A stretch of DNA of 64,000 nt from Dimorphilus gyrociliatus (GCA_904063045.1 CAJFCJ010000003.1:868001-932000), one strand, 5' to 3'. Numbered from the stretch's first letter, positions 41,689 through 55,619 are shown. Numbers and translations: made by a program. The notes: a model not told the origin generated them from the sequence alone.

Positions 41689-43906
41689 TTATTTAATGCC
41701 TTTACTATTAAGGACTGTACGAAGATTTAGTAAATATTCATCATTAGGATATTCTTTTGTATCCTTTCCGGGCTCTATTTCCGTTTTATGGACGATATCA
41801 TTCCATGTAACATAATCTTCATCTTCAAAATTATCAGCTTTCTTTATGGTAAAAATTAATCTTCTCTTGAAGGCTATTTTAAGTAGTTTTAATAGTTCTT
41901 TTCCTTCCTCGTTGTTGGGAAGATAAGCTACTTTTTTTATTCCGTCGTACCAACTTCCTGGACTCGGATGCTCAATCTGTCAAATAGGATAATAAACAAT
42001 TGAATTACTTTAATAGATCTATTGTTACATTCTGAATTCCACCAGGAATCTCATACGTAATTTTAATCGTTCTATATTTCTGGTATGTCGGTAAAGATTT
42101 ATGAATCTTTGAAAATTTCATTACGCCATCTACAGGTTGATTTCCAGTTTCGAAATATTTCTTACCACATATTGCACAGCCAGGCTTTTTATCCTTTCTT
42201 TTATATATATATATATGTAAAAACAGAAAAGACATCATAATATAAGTAACTTTCAACATTATCAAAAGGAAAAAGCTAAGTTTACTTTAGTGAATAATTA
42301 ACGCATCTTTTACAGAAGATATGTTTACATTTTTCCAGAATTTGAATTTCGTTCAATTCACTCAAACAGATGGCGCATATAGTTTGTCTATATAGATATA
42401 AGAAAAGATCTATAGTATTAGTATTCATTTAAACAGTAAAAAAGAAAAAAACTAAATATTTGAGGCAAATTACGAGCATTTCCTTATCAGACGTTTTCTT
42501 CTTGAGTTAACCTTAACAAAAGGTTCATCCGAATCGCTCTACAATGCATAAAAGCTTCATTTTATTATATATTACATAAAAACAACTATACTAAAGTTAA
42601 TTACTGTGTTTTGTTCTTCGTCTAACACCGAAGTTGGTAGTTTTACTTTATAGTAGCATTTCATACGATCGTATATAATGGAATCTTCAATTAGAATTGT
42701 TACAATCAGGTTGCATTGGCAAAACAATGACGCAATCATTAAAGTGAAATTCTCTGAGAGGATAATAGGTGTATTCAAACTTTCGTATTGTTCAAGAAAA
42801 ATTTCATCTGTTACTTCATTAAAAGCTTTAAAGATAAGAGTTTCGCTTGTTTCGTCTTGATCGTTTGGTACTTTAATGTATATTATACAACAAGCAGTTT
42901 TAATTGATTCTCTCAGGTGGACAATTTTAAAAAAACCAATATCTTTGTTGGAAATTGCATTGATTTCTTCCTTATCAAGAGGATCGATATATTGATGAAA
43001 AGTTTTCTCGTATTTATATAATTGTTTATGGTTTACTGGCGAACATATTGGAATTATTAATATATCGCCATGTATATTGTTAGAATCTTGAAAGAAATGA
43101 ATAAGTAATAATTCATTTTTTGATGCTAAAACTGATTGAATAACGTAGTCTTTTTCTATATTTTCAGGATGATCGCTTGAACAAACTTCCGGTTCTCCTT
43201 GCGAAGATAACGATGATGAAGATGACGATTTTAACAAAATATTGACTTTATTCTCAAGAGAATTTGACAACAATTGATAAAATTCGTCCGATTTTTTTTC
43301 ATTAACATCACCAAAATAATCAAAGCTATTATCGATAGTACATTGATTATTATCTCCTTTATTAGGCCTATGTAAAATATGTATTTTCGTCCTAACAATC
43401 TCTTTACTTTTCTTAGGCTGTTGTTCAGATTTTAAAGTTGTTGAACAGCGTTCAGAATCAAGAAAATACGTAAGACTTTGAATTGGTAGCTTAAATATTC
43501 CATTCAAATGACTTTTCTCTTGAAACTTTTCTAAAATATCTTTAATTTCACTCTCTTCTCCAATAATAATGATATTTGAGTAGTGCATTGAATAGTCGCT
43601 ATTCTCTTCCGTAAAATAATAGATTGTATTGGTTTGCTTCATATATTGTTCAAAAAAATTAATATTTGTATAATTCATGAATATAGAAATGATGTTAATA
43701 CGATTATAATGCTTTTCTAAACAATTAATTATGTAATCTATGTTATTTTCATCACCGAATATTAAAACGGTTGAACTTTTTTCAGCAAAGAATATTAACT
43801 CATAGTTGTTTTCTATTAATAGATTTTTCAATTCTCCAAATATGAGAACATTTTTCGAAATATACAAATATATCATGGGATCAAATTTTAAAAGTATTTC
43901 TTTCAT
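41689..43906 (-). CDS. Deltex-family (DTX3L-like) E3 ligase: N-terminal region with degenerate macro-like domain, RING finger and Deltex C-terminal domain
   Basis: Spliced RING CAIC-x12-C-x-H-x2-C-x2-C...CAIC. DTC motifs GNQPVDG, TIKITYEIPGGIQ, HPSPG, AYLPNNEEGKELLKLLKIAF.RRLIFTI, VTWNDIVHKT and YPND.YL. Confidence 0.9.
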
Positions 43907-44350
43907 TATTCTTCTCGTCTTTCAATCTATAAAAAAGACAAATCTACTATTGTATAACTAGTTTTTTTTAATGATAGATGGAGTTGTCGCAAAATATATT
44001 AGGCGCCCTCTTTAGGATGGTATTAATTACTGTACATAATCGTTTAAGTATATAAAATCACTCGTGATAGAATCGTTATTTGGTCACTTTATTGATGTAT
44101 TAGACATCTAGGAGTTTAAATAATGCGAATGAATATATTATAACAATCAAATTGAATCGTACGATGTTTAAGTAATGAATTCAAGACATCAGGAGATTTC
44201 TTTGAAAGGAAAAACGACGCATCGTAGGGAAATTTCAACATCATCCGATTCAAGACACGTGTAGTAGGAATATTAATTATTTATGTAACATATTTTCTTA
44301 GGTAGATAACAAGTATATAAAGTAGGAAAATACTGCCAGATTGATACAGT

Positions 44351-45101
44351 ATGAAAATCATGACAGATCACCTGAACAATTCATTTTTTATACTAATTGT
44401 AATTTGGTTACCGAAAACTATTTATACGAATTCAATTGGAAATCCTTTTAATAGTACATATTTCTGGAATTTTGATACTAACAATCTTGAAAATTTACCT
44501 GGAATTCCAAGAATTAACAGCGATTTTAATTTAAATAATATCATTCTTTCAGACAGTAATAAAATACTTGGAAAATCTTTAAATTTAACTTTAAATTACT
44601 TTATACAATTATCAAATAACAGAGATGAATGCTTATTCAATCCAACGTTATGTACAAATGGTTTTACACTATGTTTATGGCTATTTAAATTAAAAAATCA
44701 TTTTTCATATTATCTATGCAATAGCGGAAGTTTACTATCTTCTTATGGTATATGTATTAGATCTACAGATCATAATACATTAAAATTTATTGTTAAAACA
44801 AAAACTCATAAATTTTCGGCAAGTATACCATTCAAAAAGAAAATTTGGGAACATACCTGTATGACTTGGCATCCAAATAGTAAATTAAAAGTATTCGTTA
44901 ATGGAAATCCTCCAATAATTTCAAACAAGAAATATAAATTATATAATGATAATGAATTCAATAATTTCACAATTGGTTATCGGAATGATTTGAATAGTAT
45001 AAATACAAAGTATTTAAGTATGAGTTATATGGATGAATTAATATTTTGGGAAGAGAAAAAGACTGCACAGTTTATAAAAAGCCTATACAAGTCCTATTCA
45101 G
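44351..45101 (+). CDS. Secreted LamG/pentraxin-like (ConA-like lectin fold) protein, first exon; 3' exons uncertain (possibly 45398-45460)
   Basis: Hydrophobic N-terminus, then YFWNFD, CLFNPTLCTNGFTLCLWL, WEHTCMTW, LKVFVNG, FTIG and MDELIFW, typical of LamG_3/pentraxin domains. Donor G|GTATTA at 45101. Confidence 0.8.
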
Positions 45102-46654
45102 GTATTACTGTATATATATATATATATATATACACTGTATATTAGTATATTTGTATAATTCTATACTTAAAGTTTCTCATATAACATTTTTATTACTCAT
45201 TAAGCTATAAATTAGTTTTTAATTTACAGTATATAAAAGTGTTTTAATCCTTCTTTTACTATATCTGTTTTTAATCATGTATACTTTATATATACATGTA
45301 TCTTATAGTTTATACTTTATATGTCAGACATTAAATTTTTACTTATATTGTTCTATAATATCCTTAGATATTTAATATACAATTACCTTCTTATAGAAAG
45401 CCAAAGAAATATCTATAAAAATGAACTATTCAAAATATGTCTATACAAGATATAAATGATGTATTTAATTATTAATTATTATATTATATAACATTAAATT
45501 TGTATCATCTGGTCAACATGTACTTCGTATGGAAAGATATGGAGATTTCTTTTACTTAAAAGCAGTTGCTTGGTATTCTCAAAGATAATAGAAATTGATT
45601 TTATTTGGCCTAAATCTATCTATTTATTAATTAAGAAAGATACAGAAAAAAGACAATCCGTTTCTTGCAGAGAATGTTATTACAGTAGAGATGAATTTGA
45701 GAAAGTGTAATAATTTTTTGATAGTTATACGTCTAATTTTATGGTTTTTTTCCGAATACGATAATTCTCTCTAGATTCTTAAATCTTACTTTTCTTTGTT
45801 CGGTAACAAACAATTAATTGAAAGTATAATTGATTCTCAAAAGAATACAGCTACCAGCTAATTAATTTATAGAATCCTTCACTAAAAATACATCTATTAA
45901 TCCTATACTATTTCATGATAAAAATATATGCTGAACTGACTTTGCAGGACATTGGAGTGTGTACATGATTTGATATTAATTGTTTCATGATAAGACGTAT
46001 ATATACTGTATATATGACTTTAGAATTATGTAAACTTAATATTTTATTAAAGAAAAAATTTCATACAATTTGAAATATTTCAACTATTGAACATTGAGAA
46101 GATAAATTTGACAAAGACAAATAGAAGACTAAGTAAGAGCTCATTCTTAGTTTCCTTAATAAGATGATTTAAATTACTATAGTAAGTATAATTAGTTATT
46201 CAATTATTTAATGTATTCAAAATAATAAAAATATGAGTATGAGCCCTTATCAATTCAAGATAAATACAACACACATTCTCTCCCAGACTCACTTGGCAAT
46301 AGAAAAAAATTATTACAATGTTACTCTTCAACTCTTTCCGTACCCAAACACATACTGTTTTAACATACGGGAAGAAGATGTAGAATTATCCTAAGGTCAA
46401 AATAGAAAACTTTATACTACTTGTACACCTTTATCAAATAAAGGACAAAAGAAGAGGAAGAAGCATATAGGCTCTCTGAACTATTTTCTAGTGATTTTTT
46501 TAGTGACTAAGAATTTTTGAAATAGCAAAAAAATACATTATAACATTGTAATAAAACCTTTAAAAAAGAGTTCCTTTAGTAAAACTTTAAGTGAAGTAAT
46601 ATTAAAAATGATAGAAAAGTGTTGAAGACTGTATATATTCATTATCGTTCATAC

Positions 46655-48437
46655 TTAGAAGACCACATCTTCCGTTTCAAAATTACTAAATCTATTTCTT
46701 ATTATTTTAACGCCCAAATCAGATCCTTGATTTAGTTGACGTTTTTCATCAGAAGTAAATTTCTATTTTATAAGAAAATCAATTAAAAAAATAAACTATA
46801 TTTATATTTAAAAAGAATAAATAAAATACTACCGTTTGATCCTTTCCTTTTGAATAAACAACATTAAATATTTGTTCAAATTTTATGAAATCTCTTGAAT
46901 CGTTTGTAATAACAATAATCTTTTTAGACTTGTCTATAATATGTTCGGTAATCATACTTCGTACAATTTCCACTGTAAAGAAGCAGTCTTCCGGAAAGTT
47001 TAAGAAACCTTCAAATAAGAATATTCATATACATATATATACAGTATATGAATAAGGCTATCAAAAGAAAAATCATTAATTATGACATATTTAATTAACC
47101 TTTTGCTAGATTTGTTAATCCTATAGTTTCTATTTTTGAACCTTTGTCAATTATATCGACTAATCTTTTTAATATATCTCTCTCAATCTGCCATAAAAAA
47201 TCTCTGGAATGTTGAGATTCATTTGAATAGTTTAGAATTGTCAACTTCTCTATTTCACCAACGGAAATGTATTCTTGTTGAGTTTCGTAGGAATATAATT
47301 TTTTCATATCAATTTCGGTTGATAAGAGCTTTTTAACTTCTTGCAGCATAGCCGATGGATTGTTAGGTTCATTTAATTCAATTAATAGGCCAAAATTTGT
47401 TTTAGTTTCGAAAAATGAACCATACTGAAGTTCTAAAAGGGGATAGTCCTCAAACTGGAATTTCTTATTCATCATAGAAGACTCAAACTGAAATGATGGA
47501 AATGATGACGTATCCTCGCTTACTCGTTGATCAATAGGTACCAAATGTTTTCCTTGAACTAAAGTCATTAAATTTGGAAATTTTTTAGAATATTTCTCAA
47601 TTTCTTCTTTAAATTTAAACCAATAATAATTTGTTAATTGAGAAGAGCAAAGAAAAGGTATTTTCTCTATACGCTCTTCAACTCCTTCCGGTTCCGGTTC
47701 CAAATGTACTTTTTGTTGATTTGTTCTATTATTTTCAATTTTCAATCCATTAATTGTTCGTTTACAAGAATATACTTTTTGTCTTGACTCGTATATTTCA
47801 TTTTCCCACGAGAAAATTTTAATACGAATACAATTTATGCAGGAAGTGTTTAAATTCTTATTTAATGCATCTCTTAATTGTTCTTTATTACCGAAACATG
47901 TACCAGTTTTACTCTTATTAGGTAATTTAAACAATCTAAGATCTCCGTATATCGAGAATTTTTCAACTATTCTATCATATTCTTCATTAAACTTCATATA
48001 AATAATACCGTACTGAGAGAGCAGGTTGTATAAGAGTGAACGGGATTTTTCAACACATTTGTGCGTTCCAATTATTTCCAATTGATTATCTTTTAAATAG
48101 CGAAGTCTTACATTTTCGTTACTTTCTATCTCTTCTATATCATTTGAAGATAGAGTATATAGTTTAAAGCAATCGTAAAATTCAGATTTAAACTTTAATA
48201 ATAACGATTCTTCGCCTTCTGAAGTTTCTTCATCGGTATTGCGGTGATCGAATTGTAATCTTCCTCCAATTGAACTAGATTTTATTGGCTCTGGAGGATA
48301 AAATTATCTAATTCTTTATAGTTCTTAAACAAATTATCAACAACACCTATATCCTTGATGAAATGTAATAATAAGTTACCGTTTAATACCAAGTATCTTT
48401 CATTTGTCTCTCTTGTTGCTGTATTATTTCCATCCAT
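46655..48437 (-). CDS. PARP9/14-like N-terminal region plus degenerate macrodomain, no PARP catalytic domain (gene B); exons 48437-48380, 48290-47100, 47008-46833, 46762-46655
   Basis: In-frame splicing. The C-terminal IETIGLTNLAKGFLNFPED...SKKIIVIT...FIKFEQIF resembles the macrodomain SIAFP.IGTG..GFP...LK.I.IV...F..F pattern. Homology is weak. Confidence 0.55.
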
Positions 48438-48540
48438 ACTTTTGCATAGAGAAAGAGCTGGTTTATTTCTTTTAAATTAATATTTGATGAAATATACACA
48501 GAAGATCAAAATTAAATAGAAGTATTTAAATTAAAATATC

Positions 48541-48626
48541 AGTCACATGACAGTAACATTAAACTTAACCGATTGTTAGAGAATAGCCCCGAGCTTTTTT
48601 GCTAGATATTAAAAAGTCACATGACA
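48541..48626. promoter_or_regulatory. Two identical AGTCACATGACA (CLEAR/M-box-like E-box) motifs upstream of gene B
   Basis: An exact 12-mer at 48541-48552 and 48615-48626, about 100-190 bp upstream of ATG 48437. Confidence 0.45.
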
Positions 48627-49128
48627 AGCAAGATTGGTTTTTTTTTCTATATAATTAAATAGAAGGATACTATTATTAAACATACTTTAAATAAGATAGT
48701 GTAGTGTTAAGCAAAAATTTTGTACCATCAACATAGAATTAATAGGAAATATATTAGATATATGTCCAAGGTCCTCTTCCATCAACCTTGAGTAACCTTG
48801 TATCTATCCTTTCTGACTAATCGACTCTAAGACATCGCCAACGACTACTAAAAGAAGCTATAGAAAGTATATAGAGCTAATAATTGACCATCTTACTATA
48901 TATAAAAAATATACAATTTTAGATAAAGTATGACTAATTCCGAACGTGTATAGCAATAGAAGCTGAAATTGTATATACTTCACATAGTGTATATATTAAT
49001 AATATATGAATATAGATAAATAAGTCGTTTTATTTAAATAAACCATCCTAATTCTATTAGATAAGAAATAAAATTGAAAAATTATGCAATAACATAGAAT
49101 ATTTAAGATAAATATTCATCAGTATTGA

Positions 49129-51388
49129 TTATATAATTCTTGATATCTGTTCAAAAGAATTATCATCCGAAAGAATAACAATTGATTTCAATTCAAAAAG
49201 TTTTGAATAGTTTTTCAAGAAATGATGAACTAAATCGATAGTAAATTTATAATTAGGAGGATTATCTTTTGATTCTATAAAATAGATTAATAGATATATT
49301 ATATATAATTATATATATATATATATAACAGATTAATGACAAACCTTTTATACTTATATTCTTAAAAACGATAGATTCAATTCTTTCACGTTCAAGAACA
49401 TTATTAATTCCATCGATAATATCATCTTCAATTTTATTGGATCCTACTAGGTTGTTTGATTTTGTATTATAGTTTAAAACCAATAGGTTCTTTACATTTC
49501 CAACAAAATGGAATATTTCTTTCTTCTCTATATTTATTAATTTATTCTTTTCCAGAATTGAAAATCTTTGAATAGCTTCTTCAAAAAATATGGAGGGTTT
49601 TTCAGGTAAATCAAATTCAATGAGTATCATTAAATCTATATTACAATCAAAGATCTTGGGGCATAGTTGAATAGTTATAAAGAATTTATCTTGAACATTA
49701 TATGCTCTCTGCAAGCATTTTTCCGTGTGATAAGGATTAGCTAATTCCTTATTAAAAGGTCTCTTTAAAGATTGGCAAGACAAGTTATATTTATAGCTAG
49801 ACAATTCAATTACTGTTGCCTTCCTAGGATTTCTTTCAGCCAAATATATTGTTTTTAAATGATAGAATCGAGTTGATTCAATTGCTTCAAATATTTCTTT
49901 TAAACTCTTGTCAAAGTTAACATCAGCGTCATCTGATTAATATTCATAATTTAGTCTATTAATTGTATACTTTTTAGATTTCTTACCGAAAGAACCTCCA
50001 AAAATTGTCATTAATAAAGTTTGATGTCCATTCGAGTCAATTTCTTGTAGAAGAGACGATGTAGACGATTTTAAATAGCTGTATAAATTCGTTTTTGATA
50101 CTATAATACATCCAAATCCTTTCCATTGCGAATGAGAAAAATCCTCATAAAAGTATTCTCCAGCGCAATATCTTTTTTGCAGTAGAATCTTTTGAATTTT
50201 TAAAATATCTTCTTCAGCAAGAGCATCTCTTACAGATAATGAAGCACCAGTGTCTAAAATGAATCTTTTTACTGGCAATGATATTGCAACGGCGTCGGCT
50301 GGAATGGAACCAATATCAGCCGATATCTGGTAAATTGTAGGCTTATATAGGTGAGAATGAGGTATATTTATGGGTTTATTATCAAGTTTAAACCTTGAAG
50401 TTGTAAATATTTTGTTATTGTCTTGAAGGAATTTTTTTAGAACTTGTTTCCTACCAACAAATCTAACATTAGAGCTTTTATCGTATTCCAGAAGAAATTC
50501 TCTACGTCTTTTACCATCTTTAGCAAGCTTACTTAGAATTTCTTCTTTGTTAACTACTTTAGGCTTTGTTTGAAGATTCTCTTGTATAATATCTTGTAAA
50601 CTCTCCCTAAGCGTTTCTTCTAGTATATAAATTAGTCCATCAAATATACCACTGTTTTCAACTGCTAAACTAAGTTCATTCCGAAGAGGAGAGAAGAAAA
50701 TATGATGGGATGAATTGTTAAGAATCGGTTTAAAAAATGCAAAGACATAAGAGAATATCGATTTTTCATAGAATCTAAAACATTTTCCCCTACGACAGAA
50801 ATGTTCAAATTTTTTTATTTTACACTCATCAATCTTATCGTCTGTACCATTTGCATCACTTCTCATAGTTATTGCATCATTGAACCTCTGCTCAAAAAGA
50901 GCCATATCATTGGCTTGAGTATTTGATACGTCTATATCGTGAACGAAATAATCTGTATTCTTGAATATAAAGCAAGTTATTGATTCGGTTCTCGAATCTT
51001 TGCCTAAATCACTAACAGTTTGTAATATATTTAATTTATTCCCAAAGTATTTTACTTGAACTTGAAGCTCCCTTTCTGACAAAAGAGCTGCTAAGTTTTC
51101 GGTTTTTTCCCAATCTAAATCCTCACTTAAATCGCTTAATACGATCTCCAAATAACCATGGTTACGTAACTCGGTTATGATTAGATCTTTTGTCTTTCGG
51201 ATATGGGATGAATCTCCGCATATTTCCAACTGTCTTTTATCGATTAACCACGTGACAATACAAAGATTTTCTAAGCTGATATCTTGTATAGTTTTAATCA
51301 GAAACTGATTAAAGTAGCTAAAGAACTCAGTAGATGAAATATCAATTACAATTCTTGCAATATAAATATTGCTTAATTGCTTGTTCAT
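49129..51388 (-). CDS. PARP14/9-like protein with two degenerate macrodomains, no PARP catalytic domain (gene A); exons 51388-49987, 49932-49345, 49274-49129
   Basis: Macro 1: IYQISADIGSIPADAVAISL...DTGASLSVRDAL...AGEYFY...GCIIV...TLLMTIFGGSF. Macro 2 ends ESIVFKNISI...LVHHFL...LKSIVIL. Introns are GT-AG and in frame. Confidence 0.7.
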
Positions 51389-54300
51389 TCTTAACAAATC
51401 ATTGGTTTAAACTATAGAAATATTCATTTATTAATTCTGTTAGGAATGTGTAAAAGTATTAAGTTTTAGCCTATCTATACAGGAGACAATTTAACAATAA
51501 ATACAATTATATAATTACCAAAAGTTTTAATCAAATCTGGTTAAAATTAACAAAACTTCGTCCTTAAAAACTTCTTTAACGGATTAAACTGTTCTAATAA
51601 ACAGATAAATAAACACTAATGGAAATTTAAGAATAAAAATAAGGGCCTATTTCTATTGTTTCCTAAAATTACACTAACAAAAAAAAAGACTAGACCTAAA
51701 TGGGTGTGTATAACGATTGATCATTTATCATAAAGATTTATATACATTATTGATAAATTTTTGAAAAATAGTTATGGTTTTAGACAATTAATTACCTATC
51801 CTCATTTGAATGTCTATTTGAAGCACTTAGAATGTTGAATTATGTTTCCCTTTTAATTCAAATTTTATTATATTCTTAAAAGGGAATACTTTAATAATAT
51901 AGGAAAAAGAAATATAAACTACTTTTATCATTTTAAAAAGGAAGAGAAGTCGAAATATGTAAAATAGAAAATATTAATACGGCGAGATAGTTTAGTAGAT
52001 TTAAGATTACATAATGGGATGATAGAGAGATAAAAGTTTATAGATTTTATTGATTATAGTCCTCGTCCTCCAACTGGCCAGCATACTACTGTTAAGATAA
52101 ATTGAAACATAACAATACCGTATTGAATTAAATAAGAAGTTTAATATTGAAAGGGACAACATACTATCAGCGAGTTCTTTTTACACATATATATATAAAT
52201 CTTCCAAAACACTCCTCTCAGAGCATCTTTCTCTGTATTAAGTCTTCCCGTCGATTAAATATATGTACATATATGTATTACTAGACAGACTATACGCTCG
52301 TCCAAAAATTTAAAAAATCTCTTGAATTATACCTTTCATTTTAACGATATGGACAATCACTCTACAGCAAATACAGGAAATGAAAAAGAAGGTATTATTT
52401 AATATTAATATACAGTATATTAGTCTGTATATATTAAATCTGTATGAATAATTTCTAATATAGTATATAAATCATTTAAGCAGATGATGAAGGATGGGAA
52501 AGAGAAGACGTTATACTGCTCTTAATATTCTTTATACTAAATGTTATAATGATCCTCCTTTGCTTTATGACATATAAAATGTATAAGAAACGCAAGCCTT
52601 GGAAGAATTCTCTTTCAATTCACCACCAATCAACGGCCAGTGATAGGGACAACTTAGAATAGAATTTGACATAAAAGATAGCTTATCAAAAATATTAGTA
52701 AACGCTAAAAAACTTAATACTGTTAATGTTAATTGATTTATATTAATTTTATACATACCACAATATTTGAACGATAATAATGTTTGACAAAATTTTGTCC
52801 TATTAGATGTTTGAAATAACAGAGTTTTCTCTTCACTGCTTAAGGGGAAAATATGAATTTTTTTGTGTTAGAAAAATTTCAGATTGCGATTTTATTCTTT
52901 TCAATAAATTTTCACTATTTTCTAATAAATAAGAAAGAAATTCAATAAGATTCAAATTTGTCACATGATAATGTTAGCGATGATAATCCATGAGGAGAAA
53001 TAAGAGTTTTTTTTTTCATCCTTAACGGATAACTAAGATATTTTTTTTCATGTATCTCACAGTTTATTTGAACTATTCAGTTATTATCACAAAATAAGGG
53101 AAGTTAATCCACGTTTCTGATATCCAATGTTTTGTCAAAGTTCTTAAGATATATAATCCATATAATTATACTATATGCAGATATCGTGTGTATCGTCATT
53201 CTCGCAACATACTGACCAAATACACTTCCACTCTTTCTATATCTACTGTTATAGGAGCGACATTCAAACATATCCGGGTTCTAATCCGGGTTCAAGTCTA
53301 TTGAAAATTCATTTCAAAATAGCAAAGTTGTCAATTTCTATTCAAATATTTTTGAACTTACCTTATGCTGCTTTACTTGAATTATACAGGAAAGTAAATT
53401 ATTTCATATAAAATATTTTTCCTTAAAACTTTTACAAAGAAAGAAAAATATCATAAATTTCTGTAAAATCCTAATTTTAATACAAATGACACACAGCAAA
53501 TTTACAACATTCATTATAAATATTTTTAGTAGCCATAAATACCCATTTTAATGAATATTTTTAGCCAATCAGCATCGCACTGCGGTGGTTATTGGATGAA
53601 TCTCTGATAAATAAACACCTACGCATGTAGAATATCTTAAATTAATTTGTGTGCGAGTATACCATAACTAGTGGATTAAAATGACTACTGAAATGAGCTT
53701 GAATAAGAATTTTATTCAATTTTCATTGAAAAGTTATCGTCGATCAAATATATTCAATTCTAAATGTGAACATAAAAACCTAAAGATGGCATTCCTGTTC
53801 ACCTGAAAGGTGTTAAGGTCAGTTGTAGTCCTATGTATGAAATAGTAGTAAACGATCATCTAATGGTATCTAAAAGCTTTCCTTCTTTATTTATCATATA
53901 GATTATAATAAGATATATAGATAATTTAGCTGACAAAAAAATTAAATATTTATATTTCGAAAAGATAGGCTTAAAAATTTGAAATTAAAAAATAAAGCGA
54001 ACAAATTTGTTAATGATCTTAGCTATAAAAAATATGTTAGGACATGTTGTCCTCTCAATTTATGACAGCTTTTATAACTTTTCTTTTTGTGGCAGGTATT
54101 AGGCAGACATTTGGCAGCGTGAAATGTTTACGATGGTTATAAGAGAGTCTAATACTTGCTCTTTGATTTTTATATGAATATTCAAACAAATAGGACTATA
54201 GTCGGTTTTGCGGAAAGCAAGAGATATTCAATTACCTAATTTTCTTCTCGGTGTAATAAATTTCAAACTTATGTCGTTTTCGTCGGAATGAATGTAATTG

Positions 54301-54423
54301 TGCAATTCAGCAAAATGTTAAAAATAAAATATCTAGGTATTAGTTATCTAATCAAGTCAATAAAAACATATCTTCCAATATGCACCATACACAAGTTTCC
54401 AATGCCCCCTAGTGGAATTATAG

Positions 54424-54425
<2 letters not shown>

Positions 54426-54467
<42 letters not shown>
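54426..54467. repeat. (AT)n microsatellite about 50 bp upstream of the first TNF-like ATG
   Basis: Read directly. Other long (TA)n tracts lie at about 5455-5478, 6458-6480, 10731-10756, 23341-23377 and 45111-45132. Confidence 0.95.
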
Positions 54468-54470
<3 letters not shown>

Positions 54471-54514
54471 TGCATATCTATTTTATTATAACTGAACTAG
54501 AAAAACAAATCACT

Positions 54515-55619
54515 ATGAAAATAATGAATGCATTATTAATTGTCGTTTGCCTAATTTTAATTGAAGAAGCTTCTTCAATTAAAAAACCAAAGTATATAGC
54601 AAGACGGCCAAAGGTATTATTAAGATACAATAAAACAATAGTTTGATCTATCCTTTTGTATTATAATAATTCGTCATAAAAGTTTATGAAGAAACTTGCT
54701 CCGACGTTCAAAAATTGTCAAAGATATTCAGACTTGAAATTTGCTCAAAAATCGTGCAAAAAAGATTCAAATAATGATCGATGCAAAGAGATTGCAAGCA
54801 AAGACAGAATTTTCATGAAAAATGCTAAATGGTCATTTCGTATTAGATGCCAAGTAAAGAAAATGGTAAGTAACAGTAATAATCATGATGTAATGTAATT
54901 AAATTAATTCATTTATTGTTTTTAATAGTCAAAAAAGCTTAAAGTTATAGAGCAGGATATATCAAATTCAGTATTTCGGAAGGGAATGATACAATTTGTT
55001 TACAATGGATCAATTTCTTGTAAGTTTTATATATGTGTTTAGCATTGATTATTAATTATTAATTATCAATACTTTAGTTAAGAAACGAGATATATATTGC
55101 TTGAATGAGAATATGTATAATGTCAAGCAAAAAACTTGTCCAAAATTCTATGAAGAGCAGCTTAACATTTGGAAAATTGATTATCAAAAAGGGAACTTTG
55201 AGTATAATAATGATACTGGCATGCTAAAGATACTTGAAGAGGGATACTACTGGATTTACAGCCAAATTGTTTTCTACAATAAAGTGCATCACAATACCTA
55301 CAAAATATGGAGGATCAGCATGAAATCTAAGAAAAATAGAATAGAAAAGATTGCTTCCTGTGTAGAATCGCAAGGTTACAACATCTTCAAGTCGGGCAAA
55401 GAGGAAGCAGAAGGAGCTACTTTCGTTACAGTAACAGAAGACAAAGCCAAACATAATACCAAACTAAGATTAGGTATCAGGAAGCATTACGTTACTTGCA
55501 ATACAGCAATTGCTGAACACTTGTTCGTGGGCGATATCTTAATTCTTGCGTCACCCTATTCAAAAAGAGAACCCAGCGTAGATGTGTACAACAGTTTTTG
55601 GGGCGTAACTCAGATATAA
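54515..55619 (+). CDS. TNF-superfamily ligand 1 (Eiger/EDA/BAFF-like), apparent cleavable signal peptide; exons 54515-54613, 54683-54865, 54931-55021, 55078-55619
   Basis: TNF homology domain motifs GMLKILEEGYYWIYSQIVFY, IASC...YVTCNTA, LFVGDILIL and NSFWGV. Splice junctions keep frame. Confidence 0.85.

Noticed and set aside
53272-53298. tRNA T-arm-like TCCGGGTTCTAATCCGGGTTCAAGTC
   Set aside because: No acceptor stem, D-arm or anticodon arm can be folded; at most a degenerate B-box or SINE relic.
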